Assembly (NCBI RefSeq): GCF_009914755.1
Contig: NC_060944.1
Strand: one strand, 5' to 3'
DNA length: 64,000 nucleotides
Origin: the human T2T-CHM13v2.0 reference genome, Homo sapiens
Shown here: piece after piece, positions 1-13,569 of the stretch
How the letters are laid out: every line of letters begins with the position of its first letter
Position numbering within the stretch: the first letter of the stretch is position 1
Made by a program: the position numbers and the translations under genes
The notes under the pieces: model-generated
Database searches by the model: none
Told to the model about the DNA's origin: nothing
The model's input: the letters and a program-made list of their open reading frames with translations, nothing else

Positions 1-199
1 ATTCTCCTGCCTCTAAACTTCAATTTGTGCAAAATCCAGTTGGTTCTGCCCCCAAAATATTTTCTGAATCTCAGCTGACCACAATGCTTTTTTCCCTATC
101 ACTATAACCCCAGGTTAAGCCATCTCCTATTGGCCTACACAAGCATCCCACCCAGTTTCCTGGCTTTTATCCTAGATCAGTACAACCCATTCTCTATAT

Positions 200-1140
200 G
201 CAGCTAGAGGGCCCAGAGGGCAGAGCTGAGAGTCACAGCAGGTGGGGCCTGGGCCTGGAGGATGGAGCTAAGAACCAAAGAGGCAGAACCTAGCCTAGAC
301 AAGGGAGTGGAAAACCACAGAGTGCTGTTCCCAAGTCCTTGCAACTTCTTGAAATTTGTCCTGCTGCATCTCTAATTTGGTTGGGGTAAGTGACCCCTTT
401 ACTTAGTACAATTTCTCCCTTGTGGATTGGAAATGTCTACCCTATCCTATCATTGTATTTTGCCTGTCCTGCCACAGTATTTTGGAAGCAGGTAGCTTGC
501 TTTCTAGGTTCACAGAGGCACAGATGAAGAGGAATTTTGTCTGAGGATGGACCGTACAAAATGTCTCACCCATACTGATTTAGATGAAGAGATTTGGCAC
601 TTTTGACCTGATGATATTTAGATGAGATTTTGGACATAGAGTTGATGCTGTAATGAGTTGAGCTGGTGGGGATGGGATGTTTTGCACATGGGACAAATAT
701 GCATTTTTGGGAGCCAGAGAGCAGACTCTAGTGGACTGAAGTGTGGTCTCCCACAAGATATCCACAGGTTCCACCTGGAATCTGTGAATGTGAGCTTATT
801 TGAAAGAAAGGATCTTTGTGGATGTAATTACACTAAGCAATGAGATCATTCTGGATAGGAGTGGGACCTAAATCCAATGAAAAATGTTCTTAGAAGAAAA
901 GAGAAAGAGAAAGGATGGGGAGGAGCAGGCCACGTGAGGATGGTGGCAGAAATTAGAGTTATGCTGCCCTCAACCTGGAACCACTAGAACCTGAAAGAGG
1001 CCAGGAAGGCTTCTCCCCTGGAGTCTCTAGAGCAAGTGCAGCCCTGCCGACACCCTGATTTCATATTGACTGTGAGAGAATACATTTCTGTTTAAATGCA
1101 GCAATTTTGTGACAGTATGTTATAGCAGCCATGCTAACAC
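200..1140 (+). mobile_element. MaLR element: 3' end of internal region plus MLT1-type LTR (~727-1140)
   Basis: MLT1 LTR hallmarks: 'gaatgtgagcttatttgaaa', 'cagccctgccgacaccctgattt', 'gttatagcagcc'. Confidence 0.7.
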
Positions 1141-2799
1141 ACTCCCTGTCAGCCTAGGAAGGGTTGTCAAATGTCAAGCTTGATTCCAGCCCTGCCTGGG
1201 GCTTCGCACTTGCAGTCTCCTTTGCCTGGAATACCTTTTCCTCAGGGATGTAAATGCCTGGCTCCCTCCCATCCTTGGGACCTGCTCAAACCTCAACCAC
1301 CTTTGAGGCCTTCACAGACCACCCATTGTAAACGGCCCCCGCTAGTTACTCGATGTGGCCTCACCCTGTCCAATCCCTTTATGGAAACTTTCAGAGTCTG
1401 TAGTTTTGTTCTACCATGTTATTTACCTGTTTATTGCCTCTATTCCCCAACCAGAACCATAAGCATCACAAGGGCTGGGATCTTGTTCCCTGGTGCCAAA
1501 AACAGTACCTGGCTCACAGATGGTCTTTAGTAAATTTGCTGATGGAATGAAAGCAGGGAAGACCTCCTTTGCAGAGCACATCTTGCCTTACCTTTGTGTA
1601 CAGAGGAAGAAATGGGCTGAAAACCATCAGCAAGACTGGGACAAAGCTCACACTCTCCCCTCCACCACCCTGGGGGCCCCTGGGTTCTTGCAGGGCCTCT
1701 GCTCCGTCACTGGGCTCTATTCTTTCCTTTTCCGGCTGTGGACTTTTTTCTAGGGACCCAGGGTCCCATCTTGCTTTGTCCCTGGCTCTCCTGTGCCCCT
1801 GTCACCCACCACTGCCCTGGACTCTTGACTGTAGGGTCCAATGAGGTCCTGCAGGTGTTATTTGCCCCTCCCCCAATTCTGGCCTCAGTCTTGTTCTTCC
1901 TTCTTTCCTCCTCTCCAGGGGCAGGCTCCCTCAGGGTCCAGATCACCTTTGTCAGCTTCACAAAGTCATGGTATCAAGGGCCTGTGTTCTCTCCAGGTCT
2001 GTGTAGCTCTGTGTTGGGTGGGCCATTGCCAGGCCCCTGTGTGGAACCCACAGGTAAATGAATGAATGAGTCAACAGGACCAAACCTGCAAATAGCTCAG
2101 CTATTCACAAAGCATGTGTGATGCTTGGAAGTCATGTAAAGTTATGACCCATTGACCTTCCACCTCCTGGGGAATCCCCAAGTCTAGCCAGGAGGTTGGG
2201 GAGCCCTCAGGCCTCTACAGAAACCAAACCAGAGACATTTCGGCTGGCCCCAGTAGCTCCACGGGCTTGTAGCTGCCTTACAGGTGGTGTGCCTTGCTTC
2301 TGAACAAAGACCCAGAGGCAATGGAGGGGAGGGGTGGCCGGAGAAAGCCTCATAACATGAGGCAGCATTGCCATAGGGTCCTTTGATCCCACCTGCATGC
2401 TCCCAGCCTCTGCTCCCAAGGTGGTGCCCTTGTTAAGTTGGCTTCAGGTGGTGACAGGCACACAGATCCCCAAGGCAGGGGATTCCTGCTTTCTCCTCTA
2501 GAGAAGGGGCTGGGTTCATTTCTATTTGAAAGAAACCCCATCTGTTAGAGGACATCTTGACACCAACCACTCCTTGTTCACATGCTTGCAGATGTTTGCT
2601 CAGTTCAGCAAACTCATTTGATGAGCTTCAGTTGGGTGCCAACACCTGCCAGATACTGCAAGAAGCTGAGGACATGAAGGTGTTGATGGCATGTACCTGA
2701 AATCGAGGGGCTCCCCTGTCGTCAGCGGGATGTGCCAGGGCAAGGACATGCTACCACAGAGAAGGGAGTGCAAGACAGCGATGAAATGCCTGGCATTGG

Positions 2800-3005
2800 C
2801 ATCAGATAGACCTCAATTATGGCCCTCACACCCCCATTTACGTAGCTTTATGACCCGAGTCCAGGTACTTAATTTGTCCAGACCTCAGTTCCCCAGATGG
2901 CGACAAGGGATTGTAAGAGTACCTATCCAATGGTTGACATGAAGATAAAATGAGATCAGATATGGAAGAGCTTAGTGTGGTGCCTGGCACATAGTGGAGA
3001 CTCAA
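2800..3005 (-). mobile_element. MIR SINE fragment
   Basis: 'cctcagttcccc', 'cttagtgtggtgcctggcacatagt' resemble the MIR core and tail. Strand and limits approximate. Confidence 0.5.
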
Positions 3006-6000
3006 GAAATTGTGGCTTTTAAACACAATAATGGGTTATGGTTCATCTACAGATTTGCAGAAACCCACCTCCGGTGTTTTCTATCTGGCCATGTGGAAGG
3101 TAAACTGCATCCTGCCTGTGCTTGCGTCACACTCAGGAATCACTGCGTGGAAAGCTCCTCCTAAGATGTCCTTCAAGAGCCAAAGTAGAATTCTCAGCTG
3201 AGAGACGGACTGTTGCTAGAGCTGCCTCCAGACTGTCTCTCGGTCTCCTTGCAGCAGACATGATACAAAGTTTTTCACTTTACAAATAATTCCTCTACTT
3301 TGCAAAAGGAGTGATTTTTTGCAAACTAGGGTTGCTTTAGAGTCAACCTCTAGTAGTGCCTGACAGCTTCTGTTGCTCTGTAGTGAACAAGGAGCTCTTG
3401 TTGGGGGAAGGAGGCTTCGTTGGGCGATGGGAACAGAGGGGTGGTGGCAGCGCTTCACCACTTCACTGGGGCAGCAGCCAGGCAGCACTCAGGTAGCCCT
3501 TTGGAACGTGGGCCACACCCTCAACTGTGATCACCCAGGTCCTGGTGAGACCTGCCTGGCCTTTGCCAGAGTGGAGGGACACTGGCTGGAAATCCTCAGG
3601 CCTGAAGCTGAGTCCTGCCTCAGAAGCAGCCCCACCAGCCAGCCAGATGCTGGCAGCTGCTCTCCCACTGGCTGCCCAGACCTGCCCTCCTATGTAACGG
3701 GATGTTCCCTCTTACCTGTTCTCTTCTTCACCTCTCAGCACTGGAGCACTTCCTCAGGGACCAAGGTTGCATTGCCCTGTTCTAACACCTTGGACTTGTC
3801 CTTCCAGCCACTGTCACATTTGTCATTTTACTTTGGCCAGACAAATGTTGCCTCCCTGCTAAAATATAAACTCCTAGAGGGTAGGGGCAAGGCCTGTCAG
3901 CATTGTGCCTGATACCGAGGAGGTATTCAAGTGTTTGCTGGATGCATAAACATGGAACAGAACTAGGGCCAGCCACTCAACCAGTCAGGTGGAGCGGGGT
4001 TGGGGAGGGTGGGTCCCCAAATATTTTTATCACTGTGGTCATTGTAACAAAAATAATAACAGCTTATTTTTGTACAGTTATTAGGATGTGCATATTATCA
4101 TACACATGTATCTCACTTAAGGTCCTCCCAATCAGGATCTTAGCGAGCTAGCTAGTATCATTATGGTGATTATTTTTCCAAGGAGGAAACTAAGCAATAT
4201 GCTCACAGCGAATACTTTGAGTGGCATCTGAACCCAAGCTGTGATGCACAGGCCCTTGCCACCAGCTACCCTGCAGGCAAGCTCAAGAGTGGAGCCTGAG
4301 ATAATGTTATAAGGTGCATGGACATGACACTGATACTAAATCGCATAATGACAAGGCTGCTGCCTCCTTCTGTTCCAATCCCGACTGCCCCAGGACAGCC
4401 TCCCTTTGATGAAAGCATATTTTTAACACCTCCCCAACACAGAAAGAGAAGGCCAGCCAGGAACTCCACAGCCCACAGTCATATCTTGTTAGAATGTTAA
4501 TGATGGAGTTCTGTGCTTTCATTATATGTATTTTTATTTTTGTGAGACAGGTTCTCACTCTATTGCTCAGGCTGGAGCGGCAGTCACTCATCTTTTGTGG
4601 GCTTAACTGCCATCATATGCCTGACTTTAGCGTCTGGCATGAATTAATCCCTTATTCATGCTATTGAGGAAAAGGCAGATATGGGCTTAGAATTTTCCTA
4701 TTATGAGCCTCACCAGGCATCTCATTCCTTCTGGGCTGATTTGGTCCTGATGGCCACAGCAGGGAGTGGGGACAGCTGGTCTAGCAGGGTAGCTAAGCTA
4801 CATATGGAGAAGACTGGAGAACTAGGGCAGAAGAGGAAACCAAGGGTAACCTCTCTAGAACACTTGATATATAACCAGCTCTGGTAACATATATGCAGTA
4901 CGGCCATATTTTAACCTACTTTATGTGTTTAATTTCCATAAAAACAACCACCCCAGTGGTGATGACAATAACCAACACTAACATGTTTTATCAATTAGAA
5001 AGTATTGTTGTTCCAAGTGAAAGATAGATGGAAATGGGCTTAGAACATAGGGATTGGGGTGCCCGGATGCATGTCTCGTTCAGGTGAGGCGTGATGCAGT
5101 GCCTCCGACGATGCCACTGCAGGCCTGATCCCCTCCAGGCTCTGGTCCGTCTTCCACGGCTTCGCCTTCAACCCGAGGCTCTCCAGTGGGGCAGATGGCA
5201 TCTCTTTCCTGGAAGCTCCAACCAACGTTGCTGATGAGTCACTGGCTCTGACTGGGTGACATGCACATGCCTGTTTAAACACCTGTCCAGAGGGTGAGGC
5301 ATGCTGTTCGGACTTTGGAGTCAAAAAGACCTGGGTTAAAATCGTGATTCCCACCATTCTCCCCACCCCTTGCCTACCTGCCTGGCTCTGGCAAGCCACC
5401 TCCCCTTCTGAGTCTCGGTTTCTGCATTCGGAAAGTGGGGATAACGGCAGCACTCACACAGTGGAGCTGTGAAGATGAAACAAGAGAATGCGGGGAGGGC
5501 AGCGAGCACCTCTGTGGAGCATCTACCACCTGTCAGGCCCCAGCCTAGGTACTGGGACCACAGCGGTGGACAAGGAGATGGTGACCTGCAGCTTCTAGCA
5601 ATGTCGCAGGGGTGACAGACACTCTCCACATCAGCCCAGAAACAGGATCAGAGAAAGTGGTATCTTCAGAAATGCTGAAGTATGCTCTAAGGAGAAGTCC
5701 TGGGTCTTCTCCGGAGCATCAGCAATGGGTGACTCAACCTAACCTGAGAGGTCAGAGTTTTCCCCAAGAAGCTGTCCTTGACCTGTAATCTGAAAAGAGA
5801 GTTGATGGTGCAGCGGAGCATCCCTCATAGGGTCGCCGTATCGCTCCTCCCAGAACCCAGGAAGTCCATTCCTACCGTGTACTTCCACCTGTGTGGAACA
5901 CTTCCCATGACTGCGTGGGTTCGCCTCTTTGAGTCTCTGCTCAAATTTCCTCTTCACTCCAGTCAAAATGGTGCCAGTTTCTTCACGCTACACATCTTTC

Positions 6001-7559
6001 TCTGCCCTTCCCATTACTGTCTCTTTCATCAAGCCCAATGTCATATTAGTTAATTCTTTGTTTTGTCTTAGTTCTTGGAGGCATCTCATGGAGGCACCAT
6101 CTTGTTCCCAGGGGTAATCTTAGTACTTAGAAAAAGTGTCTGACTCCCAGTAGGTGCTTAATAAGTAGTTGAATGAATAAAGGGACAAACACAGAACGCT
6201 TTTACATGACTTTCACAGTGATGTGAGTTGCGACATCTCAGTAACTAAGAGTTTAATTCTAAGGTTTTTTTTTTCTTTTTTTTTTTTTTAAAGCCAAATG
6301 ATTCCCATTTCCTCCCCAATCCATCAGCACGTTCCGGCAGGAGATTTTGCTCTCTCGGAGTCCTACGTCTCTGAGAAGGTACCAGGTCAAATCCTGCCCC
6401 CCCTGCATTTCTGAATCTGAATTATGACTTCCGGGCTTGATTGTGTTACTCTTTTGTTTAACTGTGTCCTGCTAAAGTGGTTTGAGCTCATTAAAAACAC
6501 AATTGTGAAATTTCTTTCAGAAGAAAATGCGTCTGTGCCCTAGCTTGAGAAGTTCTGTGAAGTCCATTCCTTATTTTAGGTTTTGAAAGTTCCAGAATCC
6601 GGCAGCCAGCTTAGATTTCTGTTCTTCCTTCCCCCACCCGCAGTGGCTTCTCCTCCGTCCCATTGGTTTTTGCTGCCCTCTCACCGTTCATTTCCTTACT
6701 TCTCTTTCAAGTTTGAACTGTTCCCAGGTGTGAGGGAGGAGGAAAAGTAGGTGACATACTAGGAATGCAGAACCTTCAATATCTTTTTTTTCTCTAGCGC
6801 TGGGGACAGAAGTTTAAATAGTTTCATGTAAGGAAAAAAAGCTAGCTGTTTTTTTTTGTGGGGGGGTGGACCCACAAGCCTCAACAACAATGAATCACCT
6901 GCACTCTATAAATTCCTCTATTTTTAACCACTGCTTTTGATGTTTAAGAGTGGCAACTTAGGTTTGGAGCCCAACTTCATGTTCAGCTCAGCCAGCATCT
7001 ACAAATGGATTTCTCAGGACCACGACAGCACTTTAGGCTGTTGTAGGACTTCATTTCCTGCTTGTGGTAGATTGCAAATAGCCCCAATTCTTCACACCTC
7101 TCTTACTACACCCTTTGCCATGGTGTGCCCTCCTGAGTCACAACAGCTTGGCCATGGGACTTGGTTTGGCCATTGGGATGTTCATGGAGCCAACAGAGGC
7201 TTGCATGGGGCCCGTGTGTTAAGCTTTCATCTCTGGAGCCCCTTCTCCTGCTATGAGAAGGACATACCTGGCTGGCCTGCTGGAGGAAAAGAGACTTGGG
7301 GAGTAGAGGTGAGTAATTCTCATTGTCTCAGTCAAGGTCAACCCGGATCCTCCAGCAGCTATCCCCAGACAAACGACTGAGTCCAGCAGGGGGTCTAGGC
7401 AGTCCACAGAGCTGCCTAGCCACTGGATGCTTTGCTGACCATCATTGCAGTTTGAGGAACACTTGTAATGCACATTACGTGGCAATGGATAACTCATACA
7501 CCATCCTCAAAGGACTTCCAATCTGGTGAGAGGCAAAAGTTTGCACATAACCATAATTA

Positions 7560-7785
7560 CTAAAACTACTATCACTGCTGGGTAACATTTATCCAATGCT
7601 TATTTATTTTGCTCCAGGTCCTATATTCAATGCTTCACTGTCATTTAATCTGTGCGACAACGCTTATCCTCAGTTCACAGATGAGGAAATTGAGTCTCAA
7701 AGAGGTGCAGTGACTTGCCCAAGGTCACACAGCTAGGCAAGGGGGATGTCAGTATTTTGATCCAGGTCTGTTTGACTTCAAAGCC
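7560..7785. mobile_element. MIR SINE
   Basis: 'acagatgaggaaattgagtctcaaagaggtgcagtgacttgcccaaggtcacacagcta' is the MIR core. Confidence 0.7.
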
Positions 7786-8295
7786 CATGAGTGAGGCCAT
7801 TATGCTTTCCTGCAAGTCTAAATGTTTGAGCAGCTACAGGAGGATCTCAACATATTATTTTTTTAAACAGGCAAATCAGGTTGCTAGAAGGGGCAGCATT
7901 TGATCTGGGACTTAAAGTGGCTTTGGTCAGGATTTCATGCAATGAGGTGAGAATGAAGGAGTGCTTATGTGAATATTTTTATTCTGCAAACAGATCAAGG
8001 TATTTGGCAGCTGCTGGAAAGTTTTCCACATCCAGTGATTGGCTGCATTTGGTGGACACAGGGACTCATCACTATATGAACTTTAAAGGGATACAGCTTG
8101 TGAAAAATTCCTCTGATAAAAGTCAAGGCTACTTCAAGGTAATTAAAACACACAGGTGTGTTTGTGGCATGTTGACTTAACTTATTCAAAAGCATCTCTC
8201 CCATGTATCTGCTGAGATGCTTGAAATTCCCAACTTTGGCTGAGGCATTGAAGGCTCCAGTTAAAGTACACACATGTTGTTTGAGATAAGTTGAG

Positions 8296-8297
<2 letters not shown>

Positions 8298-8337
<40 letters not shown>

Positions 8338-8342
8338 CATGC
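8298..8342. repeat. (TG)n microsatellite
   Basis: About 18 uninterrupted TG units followed by CGTGCATGC. Confidence 0.97.
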
Positions 8343-9231
8343 GGTCTGGGTCAGGGCTCCTGGGAGGGATGGGAAAGGTATGAGTTAGAGGCATTGCTGA
8401 AATAAAACAAATACCAAAATGCAAGAGATTCCAAAAACAAATCGACTTCCTTTACCTTTTTCCCCCAAGGGCTGGGTGCTGTTGAGAGATGGAATCTGTG
8501 CCCTTCCATCAGGAAGTGGTCTGACTATGGGTATGAGGCTCCAGGTTAGCATTGCATTGGATGGTTGTATAATGTGCTGCTTCGGGGTCCAAATGGCCAC
8601 TCTTTCTCTCTTCCCTGCATAGTTTCTACTCCCACCAGAGATGGTTTTGAACGAGCACTTATGTCTTGCCTGCTAGAACTGTGAAATTTCAGACTTTCTA
8701 GAAAAAACTAAGCATTTATTTCAGTAGCTCTTCTCATTCCCTGACCAATGAACCAACATAGCCATTCTGCTGCTGGTTCTGGAGACAATTACCATGAGCA
8801 GCATCCATGTTCTTTACAGCCTACTCCACTCTCACAGTAAGTTGAGACAAAACACATCGGGATGCTTTTGACTGCGAGTGGAAGAAACCTAACTTGAACT
8901 GGTGTCAGCAAAGATGGAGATGTCTTGGCTGATGTAGGTGAAAGGTCCAAGGAGCCATGTTGGGTCCAGGGCTTATGACTTAGCCTTGATTCCCTACTTC
9001 TACTTTCTACTTTCTACCGATTACTCTGTGTTGGCACCATTCCCGGAGAGACTTTTCACCTCATGATGACAAGTACTGCTGGCACCAGCAAGCTTTCATC
9101 TGATTTTCTCAGCAGCTCCCCAGAAAAACAGAAGAGCCTCTTTTCAAAGTCCCAGAACTGAATCTCCTGGGTCCTGAGCAGCCAGGCTTGGCTCATGGGC
9201 CTATCTCTGGACAAATCACTATATTTAAAGT

Positions 9232-9690
9232 TGTATTAATTTCTTATTGCTGCTGCAACAAATCATCATGAACTTAATGGTTTAAAACAATACCAATTGA
9301 TTATCTTATAGTTCTGGAGGTCAGCAGTCTAAAAATAGGTTGGAAGGGCTATGTGCCTTCTGGAGGCTGAAGGAAAGAATTCATTCCCTTGCCTTTTCCA
9401 TTTTCTAGACATTGCCTGTGTTCCTCTGCTCATAGCCTTGTACCAGCCCAACTTCTGTTTCCATTGTCACAGCTTCTCTGACGCTGACCCTCCCCCTCCC
9501 TCTTAAAAGAACATTTTTAAAAATTACATTGCCCACCGCCCCCCACCCCCGATAATCCAGGGTCATCTCCCATCTCAATGTCTTTAATCACACCCTTAAA
9601 ATCCCTTTTGCCATGTTAGTTGACATATTCACAGGTTCTGAGGATTAGGACATGGACATCTTTGGGGATACCATTATTCTTCCTATCTCA
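9232..9690 (-). mobile_element. MLT1-type MaLR LTR
   Basis: 'tgtattaatttcttattgctgctgcaacaaat...acaggttctgaggattaggacatggacatctttgggg' is the reverse orientation of an MLT1 LTR. Confidence 0.7.
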
Positions 9691-11896
9691 AAGATGATGT
9701 ATGGTCTGATTAGTTAATCCATAGTCACAAGCCTGGCCCTGGAGCGTCCCCTGAAACCACTTGGACAGAGAAGGGGAGGGGTGGTTCCCCAGGGGAAGAT
9801 GTGGTCCATTACCAGACCTGGAGGGATGGGGATGCTGGCAGGGCAACAACAGCAAATGTCCACAGCAGAAAACACAGGAAAAAACTTCAGGACTCTTTTG
9901 AACAAGTTTTGTTGCTTTTGGGATCACCCGATTTCTCTTAGGCTTTGAACACATTTTATTGATAGCACTAAAGTTCAGAATGCATTGTGATCATTTTATT
10001 TCACGGAGAATATTATACACAGTGTACCTCATTTGTAAAGCAAGGGATTTGGAGCCTGGCACTTCCTCCAGTGCATCTTAGAATGAACCACGTGCCAGTG
10101 AGGGAAGACACAGCTAAGAGTTGGACAACATGGAAAAGCACTTAATTACTTGGTTTTTGAGTAAGTCCAGAGTTCCTGCTGCTGTGGGTGGGTGGGGAGA
10201 AGAAATTCCAGCATGATGGAAAACTACATAATGTATTATGTTACTCTCCCTTAAATCCCTTAAATTAAAGGAAAAACAATCTTCAAAGAATCATAAAGCA
10301 CATAAAGAGACAACTTGAGGGGATGCTTATCTGAGATAAATTGCAACATTCTTAATGGCTGGGTTTTGAATCAAAATGTAAGTGGTAAGGACTCAAAGTA
10401 TCAGTCGCACATCTGCTGACTTGGAAAAAGTTGAGGAAAAATAAACACAATGACCAAGCCGTGCACTTGGCCGAGCCCCAGCAGTGTCCTGATACATGAC
10501 TTCTCCTAGGGGCACATTGGATGCTGAGGCAGTGAAGGAGGATCAAGGAATATTGGCAGACGTCTGCGGAGAAGAATGCCTATTCATTCGTGTCCTCTGT
10601 AGAGGTCATCATTCCTTTACATGACCTTCCATCAGAGATTATGGAATGGAAACTAGACAGATGGAGAGGCAGTGAGTTGTCAATGATACACAGAAGAAAA
10701 CGGGAACCATTAAAACCTTGGGTATGAGTTCCAGAGGCAGCGCTGCTTAAGCATTATGAACTCTGTCCCTGGAATCATGTGGAGTCAAATTTGAATCCTG
10801 ATAGACTGCCACTTAATAGATGCATGGTTGTAGGCTGGTTACTTTGACCTTTTCGAGCCTTAGTTTTTTAATCTGTGAGATGGGGATAATGTTAGCATAA
10901 ATTTTGTTGAGTTGTCACAAGGGCAAAACAATGATGGAAACCACCAGCTTGCCATTGAGTTACATGAATTGTATATTTCCTTTGCACATTTCTTAGCCTG
11001 GAACCCAGAAGGCTTTGTGATCTTGCCAAGTCTCCAAGCCGGCTTTACAATGAATTACTTCATATTGTAATTGAGGTTACCTTTACTTGACTTAAGTGTA
11101 TTAATTTAGAAAGGAATTTTATGTCAATCACTACCATGCACAGTAAGCTCGATTCCACAGCCTGACAAAGGCTCCAAGCCTATGGCCTGCTATCCCTTTG
11201 TACAAGCCTATGGCCTGCTACATTCCTTTTGTATCCCTTTGTTCAAAAATCCCTTTGTACAGCTCTCTCTCTGTTCGAGAGCTGTTAAAGACACATCGAG
11301 TCATTGCCCTGGCCATCGTCAGAAGCCAGAAGAACAGTAGGAAAGGGAGCTCTTTCGCTTGAGAGCTGGTGTTGGCGAGTGTCACTGCAGGCTGCTGCCT
11401 CAAATCATGGCGCCCGGCTTGCTTTAGGGACCAAGGACAATGCTGCCTCCTCTGATCATCCAGCTGAACACACTGTCTTCTTCTCTTAGCTCTGTGCGGC
11501 GTTTTATGTTCTCAGCATCCTGGATCCTTGGCGATCTATTTCTGAACTTCCTTACCTCAACTAGAGTAGAAGACCCAGAGGGCAGGGCCAGCTCCATCCT
11601 GGTATTTGGCTAGCACCTCCTGGTGCCTGAGAGGCTCATCCAGGGTTTGTTGATTTTTAGTCCCAGTGAAGACAAGTGGTGGTGGTCGGCTTCAAGCTAC
11701 TGAAGGCCATAGACCCAGAGAGTGGTCTAAGCAGCCATGATACCTCCTGTGTCTGAACATGGTACCCGGAAACCTCCTCCTACTCCTTTTCTCCTTTTAG
11801 CTGATTAGTATATTTTCTATTCCTCCAGCCATCCCCCAATCCAAGGACTTTTTATTTTGTTGAAGATGGAAATTTTAATTCCAAAGAGATAGTAAT

Positions 11897-12259
11897 TATT
11901 ATGGTCTGAATATTTGTCCTCTCCAGATTTATCTGTTGAAATCCTATCCATGAAGGTGATGATGTCAGGAGGTGGGGCCCTTGAGGGGTGATTAAGTCAT
12001 GAGGGTTGCAGCCCTCATGAATGGGGTTGGTGTCCTTAGAAAAGAGACCCCCAGAGAGCTGCCTTGACCCTTCCACAACTGAGGATGCAGTGAGAAGTCA
12101 CCATCCATGATCAGAAATCGAGCCCTTATTAAACACCGAATCTACCAGCACCTTGATCTTGGTTTTCCAGACCCCAAAAATGTGAAAAATAAAACTCTGC
12201 GGTTTATCAGCCACCCAGCTTATGGCGTTTTGTTATAGTAGCCCCAACAAACAAAGATA
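11897..12259 (+). mobile_element. MLT1A/MST-type MaLR LTR
   Basis: 'tattatggtctgaat...gtcatgagggttgcagccctcatgaatggg...aataaa...ttgttatagtagcc'. Confidence 0.75.
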
Positions 12260-12901
12260 ATACTAAAATGATCCAAATTCTAGCCCAGCAGGAACAGAAG
12301 ATATTGTGAGTCTTGGGTTTTTCTTATTTTCAAAGCATCAAGTGCAAAAACAAACAAATAAACACTTGGATTCAAGGGCTAGGCAGGATGGGATGGGAGT
12401 GGGGGGATGGAGAACTTCAGCATCAGCTTCAGTGCTGGAAGCTTGAGTGCTACTCTAGTTACTGCAGCTCTGTACCAATTTACCCAGAGTTTAGTGCTGT
12501 AAAACAACCATTTATTATGCTCATGGATTGTGTGGGTGGGAAGTTCGGACAGGGTACAGCGGGACAGCTATTCCTCAGTTGGAAGTCTTGAGGGCTGGGA
12601 GCTCAAATCATCGGAAGGCACATTCACTCAGGTCAGTGGCTGACACTGGTGGTCGGCTGGGAGGCCTCGGTTTCTCTCCACGTAGGTTTCTCCAGGTGAT
12701 CTCTCCAGGTGGGCTTGTTAGGGCTTCCTCCTGGTACAGCAGCTGTGTTCAGAGGACAGGTGTCCTGAGCTATCAAGCCAGGGGGATGTTGTAGCACTCT
12801 TTTGGACTGTCCTCAGAAACTGCTCTGGTCACTTCAGCTGCTTTCTAGTTTTCAGAAGCTGGTCGTTAAGGCTAGTAGAGGGCAGGACCCAATTCAACCC
12901 C

Positions 12902-13020
12902 ATTTTTTAGAGATGAGGTCTCGCTATGTTGCCCAGGCTGGTCTTGAACTCCCAGGCTCAAGCAATCCATCCACCTTGGCCTCTCAAAGAGCTGGAATTA
13001 CAGATGTGAAGCACTGCCCC
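12902..13020 (-). mobile_element. Alu left monomer (FLAM/AluJ-like)
   Basis: 'gagatgaggtctcgctatgttgcccaggctggtcttgaactcccaggctcaagcaatcc'. Confidence 0.85.
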
Positions 13021-13569
13021 TCCCCCAACCCCATCTGTTATGAAAGGAGGGTCCTTTGACCACAAGTGCCCTGAGAAGTCAGGAGGACTTCCCAGTCTCA
13101 GACATTTTTATCTGAGCTGGAGATGGGGACAGCCTCCCACACACAGGACTTGGAAGGCTATGAAGGAAGTAGGGGGCTCTCTTGGGAGGTCATTTCCCTT
13201 GGTAGGGACGGTTGTGTGAATGAACTTGGCCTTTAGGGAGAGGAGCCCGACTCTCACCTGAAGCCACCCAACCTGTGCAGATGGCTGAGGAAGCCCTGGA
13301 CACCACAGGACCGCTAACCCAGGATCTTTGTTGACTTTGCTCCCAGGCCACTGCCCCACACGCAGGCTCTGAACTCCTGGGAGAGGTAGGGAGCCAGCCC
13401 GAGGCGTGAGTCAAGAGTGTAAAGTACACCGAGTTCCTTGGCAAGCAGGCTCTTCAAGGGGAAGGTGTCACTCGGGGAACAATGAGAAATGTGTCTTTCC
13501 CTCAGCCCCTGATAGAAAAGATAACACCCCTTGAGCACAGCCTTTTCTCATCTGTTCTTGCTCTTGGAT

